The notes under the pieces are model-generated. The model ran no database searches. It was not told where the DNA came from and saw only the letters and a program-made list of their open reading frames with translations. Shown in pieces: positions 53,813-60,567 of a DNA stretch of 60,567 nt. Positions within the stretch are counted from its first letter, which is position 1. Every line of letters begins with the position of its first letter. The stretch comes from Minisyncoccota bacterium. GTDB taxonomy: Bacteria > Patescibacteriota > Minisyncoccia > Phycocordibacterales > CAIZLB01. The translations under genes were made by a program, and so were the position numbers. The stretch lies in contig DALYDD010000004.1 in NCBI GenBank assembly GCA_031973395.1, positions 447-61,013 on the forward strand. Direction: 5' to 3'.

Positions 53813-55258
53813 TCACAGTTTTTTTAGATATTCAATAAGGTTGTCGATATGGATTGTCTCCTGGATTCGGGTCTCTACGTGGCGCACGGTGACGCTATTT
53901 TCAAGGGCTTCTTTTTGACCTACGAGTAAGATATACGGCACCCCTAGTTTTTCGGCTGCTTGGAGCTGGGCAGTGATCTTGTCTTTGGCCAAAGCCTGGT
54001 GAACATGGATATTTGAGCGTCGAAGAATTTCGAGAATGGCAAGACTTCGGAGCTTTGCTTCATATCCGAGATGGATAAAGTAGAATTTGATCTCTTCTTC
54101 CACGATAGTTGCGGGTGCTTTCTTTGCATCTTTGTCGTCTACAAGAATATGCGCACCCATGGCAGGGATTTCCTTTTTGCCGAGGGCTTTGCGGGCAACA
54201 CTATTGTATCTTTCGCCGATTGCGAGAACAGTTCTCTTTTCACTTTTTGCTTTTTCTTCAATTCCAATAATTTGGAAAACAGTTCCTGTTGAACAATTGC
54301 GCGTACCAATTAAGCTATTATTGATCATGTAGGGAAGACCGAGTGATTCAAGATATTCCAAAACTTCTCGGAAATGCTGCCGGCTTTCTTCTGAAAGAAA
54401 ATCAATCGGTTTGGGTGCTTCATCCTGGAATGGTTCCAGGGCTTCGTGATCCGTAGAGTTTAATGAAAGCGGGTCCTTTCTGAACATATTTCGGATATCT
54501 GCAGGAAGATCTGCGAGTCGCTTTTTGTAAAATTGAGTGAATTCTCGAGTGAATCGGGCGAACGAGTCTTTGTCTCCGACAGAGTTTACTTCAACAATCA
54601 ACTCCTCGATGTCGTGGTGTTCTTTGAGAATGACGAAGGCTGTTTCAATAACTACTGCATCTGCAATACTCTTGCTATTTCCAATGCTGTCGATATTGAA
54701 AACATGTTCACGGGTTTTGTCAGCAAATGAATTTCCCTTGAGTGGCCCGCTGAAACAAATGGTTGGCGGCTGATGCAAATCCTGCATCTTTTTTTCTACA
54801 TAATTTCTAACGATGGCAACTTTTTCCTCAAGGAAATTGTCAAAATTCAAAGCACCCTGGTCTGGTCGACTCAGCTTATCTTTCAAAACCTTGGCCTTGC
54901 TGGTGTCACCTTTCTCGACTTCAAATTCAAAAGGAATGAAGCCGTAGTGCCGCGCAGTTTTGATGCAATCTACATGACCCTTATAAATATTTGAAGGAAG
55001 GGTGAATTGTGTTTTTACTGTTTTTTGCTTAGTGATTTTAGCGCTGAAGTCACTCATCTTACTAATGCCTCCCAATGGGGTTGATCGGACGTGTAGGTCT
55101 CCAGCTCTGTATTTTGGCTTTTTCAAAGCTTGAGCTGTCACCTGGCTTTTTTCATCCTTCTTGGATGGCGAGGTGTGTGCGGGTTTTGAATGCTTAGGAT
55201 GAGCTTTTAGGGCCTTAGAAGCAGTCTTTTTGGCTGTTTTTGGTTGTTTTTTACCCAT
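53813..55258 (-). CDS. histidyl-tRNA synthetase-like class II aaRS (HisS/HisZ family) with Lys-rich N-extension and degenerate motif 2
   Basis: TGTVFQ and GERYN blocks, and a C-terminal anticodon-binding domain (VPYILLVGQKE...VTVR). The motif-2 position reads CFSGPLKGNSF...REHVFNIDSIG instead of fRYErPQ.GR.ReF.Q. Confidence 0.55.
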   Translation of the reverse strand: MGKKQPKTAKKTASKALKAHPKHSKPAHTSPSKKDEKSQVTAQALKKPKYRAGDLHVRSTPLGGISKMSDFSAKITKQKTVKTQFTLPSNIYKGHVDCIKTARHYGFIPFEFEVEKGDTSKAKVLKDKLSRPDQGALNFDNFLEEKVAIVRNYVEKKMQDLHQPPTICFSGPLKGNSFADKTREHVFNIDSIGNSKSIADAVVIETAFVILKEHHDIEELIVEVNSVGDKDSFARFTREFTQFYKKRLADLPADIRNMFRKDPLSLNSTDHEALEPFQDEAPKPIDFLSEESRQHFREVLEYLESLGLPYMINNSLIGTRNCSTGTVFQIIGIEEKAKSEKRTVLAIGERYNSVARKALGKKEIPAMGAHILVDDKDAKKAPATIVEEEIKFYFIHLGYEAKLRSLAILEILRRSNIHVHQALAKDKITAQLQAAEKLGVPYILLVGQKEALENSVTVRHVETRIQETIHIDNLIEYLKKL

Positions 55259-55333
55259 ATTTTCCGTAATTTAGACCATAGATTATCACAGAGGGGGTTA
55301 ATCTCCAAGAATCCGGGCGATTTTTAAAAGATT

Positions 55334-56005
55334 TTAGGGTTTTGGGTATCTCACGTCCTTGAACTTTGATACAGAACCAGGAAGAACCGAAAGGTCGCTA
55401 ATGGGGAGTAATCGTATCAAGGCTCGACCGGTGATGGCGTCTTTTTTCAACGGTCCCCAAATTCGAGAATCTGAACTGACCTCACGATTGTCGCCCATAA
55501 CAAAATATTCATCAGCTTTCAGTGTTCGTTCAACCTTGCGCTGACTTTCAAATGTGACATACGGTTCGTTGAGAAGAAATCCATCTGGATTTTCTGTATT
55601 AAAAATTTGAACAAGAGGGCCCTCGACAACAACACGTTCGCCAGGGAGGCCGATAACACGCTTGATAAAATATCTGCCGTCTTCGGTGGGGGCATCAAAT
55701 ACAATGACGTCTCCGCGCTCAGGTTCAGAAAATGCATATGTCAATTTATCGACGATGACATAATTGGCTTCATCAAAAGTTGGCTCCATTGAGCTGCCGT
55801 GGACGAGGAAGGGGTCAATAATAAATATTCGTAGAACCGCGACAACTACGATAAAGATAAAAATCGTCCTCCAGAAATGATCTTTTTGAGGTTTAGCCAT
55901 CTCGATTGTTGGTGTAGGATTTGGAACTGCTTGTTGAGTATTCTCCATTTGGAATATCATAACATACTGTTGCCTGTAAATCTGCACTTTTTCAGCCAAA
56001 GACAT
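55334..56005 (-). CDS. lepB: signal peptidase I
   Basis: GSSMEPTF (Ser box), a KRVIGLPGE-like block, GDNREVSSDSR. The start is uncertain, with in-frame ATGs at 56005, 55948 and further in. Confidence 0.85.
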   Translation of the reverse strand: MSLAEKVQIYRQQYVMIFQMENTQQAVPNPTPTIEMAKPQKDHFWRTIFIFIVVVAVLRIFIIDPFLVHGSSMEPTFDEANYVIVDKLTYAFSEPERGDVIVFDAPTEDGRYFIKRVIGLPGERVVVEGPLVQIFNTENPDGFLLNEPYVTFESQRKVERTLKADEYFVMGDNREVSSDSRIWGPLKKDAITGRALIRLLPISDLSVLPGSVSKFKDVRYPKP

Positions 56006-56034
56006 TGTTGGGCTGCCTATGTTACAATCTAAAA

Positions 56035-56646
56035 ATGTTTTATATCGTCGGTTTAGGAAATCCAGGAGAAGAATACGAACTCACGCGCCATAATATTGGG
56101 CGGATGGCAGTTGAATTATTGGCTGATAAATTAGATTTAGGAGAATGGAAAACAGACAAGGTTCTCGACGCAGAAAAAATGAAAGGTGAGGTTGGTGGAG
56201 AGTCAGTCACGCTCGTTATGCCCAATACGTTTATGAATAAAAGCGGAAAGTCTATCGTGCCGCTATTGAATACTTCCGGCTTAACAAAACAGCAAATAGA
56301 AAAAAAGGCCGCAAAACTGGTCGTTATTCATGATGATCTTGATTTGCCATTAGGAAAGGTCAAGATCGTCTTCAATCGAGGTTCGGGTGGACATAATGGT
56401 GTTGAATCAATCAGGAAGGCTATCAAGACAGAAGCATTTGTCCGAATCAAAATAGGTATTGTACCAACGACTCCGACAGGGAAGCTCAAAAAACCAAAAG
56501 GTGAGAAGAAGGTTGTCGATTGTATCTTAGGTAAATTCCAATCTGCCGAATTGCAGGTGATTAAGAAGTCCCTAAAGGATATTCCTGAGATTATTTCATT
56601 GATTGTGACAGAAGGGCCAACGGCAGCGATGAATATGTTCAACTAA
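56035..56646 (+). CDS. pth: peptidyl-tRNA hydrolase
   Basis: MFYIVGLGNPGEEYELTRHNIG and VIHDDLDLPLGKVK. TACAAT lies 6 nt upstream of the ATG, so the transcript may be leaderless. Confidence 0.9.
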   Translation: MFYIVGLGNPGEEYELTRHNIGRMAVELLADKLDLGEWKTDKVLDAEKMKGEVGGESVTLVMPNTFMNKSGKSIVPLLNTSGLTKQQIEKKAAKLVVIHDDLDLPLGKVKIVFNRGSGGHNGVESIRKAIKTEAFVRIKIGIVPTTPTGKLKKPKGEKKVVDCILGKFQSAELQVIKKSLKDIPEIISLIVTEGPTAAMNMFN

Positions 56647-56722
56647 AATAACTCTCGAAGTACCTCCGCAGGACGATTGTGTAACTACGACCGAAACCGA
56701 GGACAGCGCAAGGGGATTATTA
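56645..56722 (-). repeat. palindromic element copy 3 (core inverted relative to copies 1 and 2)
   Basis: The core 56663-56705 is the reverse complement of TGTCCTCGGTTTCG..TCGTCCTGCGGAGG. The AT-rich arms are imperfect. The element begins at the pth stop codon. Confidence 0.7.
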
Positions 56723-56762
56723 AATTAATCTTATCTTAATGTATTAAAGCTACACTCAGGGC

Positions 56763-57389
56763 ATGATAAAAAGTGCCATGTTTGCTGAACCACAGGTGGT
56801 AACGAGATCTGCTCTGCATGGTGACAAAAAAGCCATGAGCTCAATATATGAATACGGGTACAAGCCGCTCTATAATTTCATTTACCTTCGTCTGGGGAAT
56901 ATTCGTGCCCGTCGAGATGTTGCATTGGATCTGACAGAAGACTCTTTTTATAAATTCCTTAAATTTATAGGTAAAAATGAGGCCGCTTCAGCGCAGGTTG
57001 AAGTTAAGCCCATGCCCCTTCTCTATACTATCGCCAGAAATACCATCATCGACTATGCGAGGAAGAAAAAAGAGGTATTGATCGAGACCGAAGAATTCAC
57101 TTTCGATGACATTAAGGATGATAGCCAATCAAGCTCTGCACCTTATGAATCTTGCGAATTGCATTTGTTAGGAAAAAAATTAATGAAGCTTTTGGATAGA
57201 TTAACTTCAGGACAAAGAGAGATCATTTCACTCACTTTTTATGAAGAGTTAGAGACTAGTGAAGTGGCGTATATATTAGAAGTGTCCGAGGAGGCTGTGA
57301 GGCAACAGAAGTCACGTGCCATAAGAGCTTTACGTTATCTTATGCGAACGAATGAAACAGAAATTATCAACTCCTATCGAAGAGCATGA
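56763..57389 (+). CDS. ECF-type sigma-70 family RNA polymerase sigma factor
   Basis: The region-2-like segment reads YKPLYNFIYLRLG. Region 4 HTH reads ISLTFYEELETSEVAYILEVSEEAVRQQKSRAIRALR. Confidence 0.8.
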   Translation: MIKSAMFAEPQVVTRSALHGDKKAMSSIYEYGYKPLYNFIYLRLGNIRARRDVALDLTEDSFYKFLKFIGKNEAASAQVEVKPMPLLYTIARNTIIDYARKKKEVLIETEEFTFDDIKDDSQSSSAPYESCELHLLGKKLMKLLDRLTSGQREIISLTFYEELETSEVAYILEVSEEAVRQQKSRAIRALRYLMRTNETEIINSYRRA

Positions 57390-57765
57390 CTTACAGGCTA
57401 GTTTTAATCGTGTCTTGAAAAAAATTCATATTGAAGTTTTGCCTGTATTAAATACACGTAAGGCAATGCTACAAAAATTGATCCTCCCTATAGGGGTTCT
57501 GGTCACTGCGATTGGATTTACTGGATATTATGCACGCGCGGTGCCTCCACAGCCTGCATCTATTACTGATCAAAGTCGATCGACACCTATTTATCCTGTG
57601 GAAGTAATAAGGCAAGAGCTTTTGAATGTTCCGGGTACAACTGAAACTGGAACACCTAAAGACATTGAGGTTCAGAAACCGGCGCGCAAACCCGTATCTA
57701 AGGCAAAGATATTACATACTAATGAAACCGTTTTTCCTGAGACCATGACTTTGGAATACGAATAA
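57352..57765 (+). CDS. single-pass membrane protein, putative anti-sigma factor
   Basis: Overlaps the sigma gene by 38 nt. One TM segment (LILPIGVLVTAIGFTGYY). The function is inferred from position only. Confidence 0.4.
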   Translation: MKQKLSTPIEEHDLQASFNRVLKKIHIEVLPVLNTRKAMLQKLILPIGVLVTAIGFTGYYARAVPPQPASITDQSRSTPIYPVEVIRQELLNVPGTTETGTPKDIEVQKPARKPVSKAKILHTNETVFPETMTLEYE

Positions 57766-58030
57766 AAGAATAAGCAAAAACAGCTTCTGCGAATTGATTA
57801 AGTAATCAGTATCGAAACCGTGGGTGGCACGAAGGGGTTGTTTTTTATTGACAAACTTGCAAACGAACATACTATCTTACTCGGACAAGCGTGCATTCTG
57901 CACGTCTCCACAACATTCTCCAATCAAAGTCTGCGGACCGAGAAAGGAGACATTCCTGCGGGAATGGTTAGTACCTAAACAAGTGAATACACCGAAAAAC
58001 GCACTTGCTGCGAAAGCGGCAGAACTGAAA

Positions 58031-59197
58031 ATGCACACGCTCCTCATGGTTTTGGAGCCTCTCAATCCCGCTCAGGCTTTGGAGTCTATGCGGGCACTCA
58101 TCATGAAGACAATCGTCAGCAATGACGGTTGGCAGGAATTGCTGAGGCAGACCTTGGCGGTTCCGGACCAAACGCTCACGTACAATTATCTGCACCATAG
58201 TGGTCTGCTCGAATTTTGGATACTGGGCAATGATAATATTCCGGACACTACTCAAGCTGAAAAGTTTGATCGTGTTTGCCAACTCTTTGACAGCCTTTAT
58301 GCGCTAAGGGCCCCTCGGGATCCGGCAAAGCGCAACGAGGTGATGCAGAAAGTTATGGAGTACATGTTCAGGCTGATTTACGAACACGTAGTTGAATGTG
58401 ACTCGAAACCAGGTGAAGCCGAAAGGGCGCAGCTCCGGGAACAGTGGCGAGTATTTCTCACCGCTGGCTCGAAGTTGCCTGACGTCTGCAAGAAGTGTCT
58501 CGAAGCATGCGGCGATAGAGTCGGTCGCGGAAGTGCCTTCTGGTTGATGGAAAATATGTGCGATCCTGACAAAGAACACTACGGTACCAATGAATGGACG
58601 GGCATATTGTCCATCGCTTCTGCATTTTTATGGCGAATGGTTGCCCATTCTCGTGACGATGGAACGGCAGAACGTCGTAATCACACAGCACTGCTTCAAC
58701 CCCTCACGCGATTGCATTGGCCTCACTTCAATCGTCATCACCGTACTGTGCTGGAATCCCTCCCTTCACACTCGCACGTGGCTAGAGTTTGTGCGTCGGT
58801 GGTAGACAAAATCTGCACCTTTGCACAAATGATGATTGACCTCACCGAGGCGCTGGATTTAAAGGCGCACTTGCACGGGACATGGAATTTCAGTCGTATT
58901 GGTAATCAACAGTTTGGAAGTGATCCATGGAGATTCTTCGGTTTCCACAGTCTTATGTACGATGTAAACAGCACAACTCTGAACCGGATTGTTTTGTGGT
59001 TTGCTGCCGAGCATGTGCAGTTACCGAGATCACTTGCAGAGAGGGGTCCGCAGATCGCTGAAGCTTCGCAGGGCATTTCAGCGCTCGTCGAAGCGATCCT
59101 TGCTGAAGTTGGATTTAACGATCCCGTCGAACTCCTCATCGTTACCAATCATCGCGAAATTCACGATCTCGCATTCCAGCTCAATACCAAAGGCTAG
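58031..59197 (+). CDS. hypothetical protein, compositionally foreign (higher GC); ORF is open from 57824 but the first in-frame ATG is 58031
   Basis: About 388-457 aa, His/Cys-containing, with no motif recognised. A TTGACA-16 nt-TACTAT promoter-like site lies at 57850-57877. It has its own GC hairpin terminator. Confidence 0.5.
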   Translation: MHTLLMVLEPLNPAQALESMRALIMKTIVSNDGWQELLRQTLAVPDQTLTYNYLHHSGLLEFWILGNDNIPDTTQAEKFDRVCQLFDSLYALRAPRDPAKRNEVMQKVMEYMFRLIYEHVVECDSKPGEAERAQLREQWRVFLTAGSKLPDVCKKCLEACGDRVGRGSAFWLMENMCDPDKEHYGTNEWTGILSIASAFLWRMVAHSRDDGTAERRNHTALLQPLTRLHWPHFNRHHRTVLESLPSHSHVARVCASVVDKICTFAQMMIDLTEALDLKAHLHGTWNFSRIGNQQFGSDPWRFFGFHSLMYDVNSTTLNRIVLWFAAEHVQLPRSLAERGPQIAEASQGISALVEAILAEVGFNDPVELLIVTNHREIHDLAFQLNTKG

Positions 59198-59235
59198 GTA
59201 TTGGTCTGCAATTCACTCATTAAGAAGCCCTCAAA

Positions 59236-59272
59236 CCCGCGCGGTGTCACAACCGCGCGGGCCTTCTTTTTT
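59236..59272 (+). terminator. intrinsic terminator of the 58031-59197 gene
   Basis: CCCGCGCGG-TGTCACAA-CCGCGCGGG followed by CCTTCTTTTTT. Confidence 0.7.
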
Positions 59273-59340
59273 AAATATTTATTTTTCAAAACAAAAAATC
59301 GCCCCTTCGAGCGACTTTTTGTTTTTCTTTTGCTCAGAAA

Positions 59341-60498
59341 TTACTTCTTCGCTTTGTCGATAAACGAGAGTGCCATCTTCTGTTCCTTTGGATCGAACAA
59401 TGTGATCTTGAACTGATATGTTTTACCAAGTTCTAGTTTTTCACGAAGCTTGATTTCACTTCCGAATTCAGAGATGTGAACAAGTCCAGCAACGCCTTCT
59501 TCGATAGAGGCGAGAGCGCCGTGCTTATTGAATTTGATGATGATACCAGTGACAACATCGTCTTTCTTATATTTCTTCTCAGCTTCTTTCCAAGGATTTG
59601 GTTTCAAAGCTTTGATTGAAAGAGAGATTTTGCCATCTTTGATCTCAATGACTTTCACTTTGACCTTTTCGCCAACTTTGAACATTGCGCGAGGGTCTTC
59701 TACAAGTGACCAGTCAATTTCAGAGATATGAACGAGGCCTTCGAGATTTTCTTCAAGCTTAACGAAGATTCCGAAATCTACAGCACCAGTTACAGTACCT
59801 TCGATATCTTCACCAACATTATATTTGCTGACAATCTTTTCTTTGTCTCGACTTTCAGGGCTCTTTTCAGAGAAAATCAATTTACCTTCTTTTGGAGAAG
59901 CTGAAATGATGCAAACAGAAAGTTTTTCGCCGACTAATTTTTTCAATTCTTCGAGTACTTTATCTTTGTCGCCATTTTCTACGCGAGGGTAGTGGTCAGC
60001 CTTGAGCTGTGAAGCAGGGAGGAAGCCCTGAATTCCTTGCCAAGACATGAGGAGTCCACCTTTGTTTGCTTCGAGGACAGGAATATCGTAAATGGTTTTT
60101 GATTTGATTGCGCTTTCTGCTTCGCTCCAGATGAGGGCTTGCTTCGCTTCTTTCAAAGATAATTCGATGTATCCATCTGGGTTTTCAATATCAACAACCT
60201 TGGCAGCAATGCTATCTCCGATATTTACCTTTCGGATAATATCTCGAGCGGCGATATATTCACGGCCATAGATGATACCTGTTCCATAAGGCTTAAGATC
60301 GACGAATACACCCTTTTTATCAATTGCGATAACAGGGCCTTCGACAATATCTCCAAGACTTGGAGGGTTTGCAGAATCAGCGATTAGTTGCGCCATGAAA
60401 TGGTTAGACTTTGCAATTTCATTCGCAGCCTCCATTTCTGTCGCAGAAAGTTCAACTTCAGCATCTGTTGATGCGTCGGCAATAGTTTTTTTTGTCAT
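59341..60498 (-). CDS. rpsA: 30S ribosomal protein S1
   Basis: Four or more S1 OB-fold repeats (G.IVEG.V...K.G.FVDL, GFLP.S...). The start is set at MTKKTIAD. Confidence 0.85.
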   Translation of the reverse strand: MTKKTIADASTDAEVELSATEMEAANEIAKSNHFMAQLIADSANPPSLGDIVEGPVIAIDKKGVFVDLKPYGTGIIYGREYIAARDIIRKVNIGDSIAAKVVDIENPDGYIELSLKEAKQALIWSEAESAIKSKTIYDIPVLEANKGGLLMSWQGIQGFLPASQLKADHYPRVENGDKDKVLEELKKLVGEKLSVCIISASPKEGKLIFSEKSPESRDKEKIVSKYNVGEDIEGTVTGAVDFGIFVKLEENLEGLVHISEIDWSLVEDPRAMFKVGEKVKVKVIEIKDGKISLSIKALKPNPWKEAEKKYKKDDVVTGIIIKFNKHGALASIEEGVAGLVHISEFGSEIKLREKLELGKTYQFKITLFDPKEQKMALSFIDKAKK

Positions 60499-60567
60499 AT
60501 TTTTTGCAAAAGAGCTTCTGCTTGGATTTCCGAAGCCTTGCGGCGGCACAGCAGGGATTACACTTTC

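Noticed and set aside
1-60567. CRISPR arrays, rRNA genes, transposase/IS elements, and toxin-antitoxin pairs.
   Set aside because: No regularly spaced direct repeats, rRNA signatures, DDE/HUH transposase motifs or recognisable TA modules were seen anywhere in the window.

Overview
A low-GC, gene-dense bacterial window whose small-genome housekeeping set, weak Shine-Dalgarno use and giant surface proteins suggest a Patescibacteria/CPR-type organism. Recognisable core genes are murJ, mscL, a DsbA/DsbB pair, purD, valS, tsaD, trxB, ftsZ, ftsA, ybeY, rpsU, lepB, pth and rpsA, plus RNase P RNA and four tRNAs (Arg-CCU, Phe-GAA, Glu-UUC, Val-GAC). The accessory content includes: (1) a ~9.65 kb island inserted by a large serine recombinase at the 3' end of tRNA-Glu, carrying an idi / degenerate polyprenyl-synthase-like / membrane-protein operon and orphan genes; (2) a three-copy structured RNA module fused to the trailers of tRNA-Arg, tRNA-Phe and tRNA-Glu, with compensatory base changes and helices tailored to each tRNA 3' end; (3) a three-copy palindromic element with a conserved ~43 nt core placed right after stop codons; (4) a Fur-family-controlled operon of a nicotianamine-synthase-like gene, a GNAT, a YibE/F protein and a ZIP transporter; (5) four conspicuously GC-rich single-gene inserts, three with GC-rich hairpin terminators of their own; (6) two giant surface proteins of 1129 and 2607 aa. 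All calls come from reading the sequence and ORF translations by eye. No searches were run, so family assignments rest on motifs.
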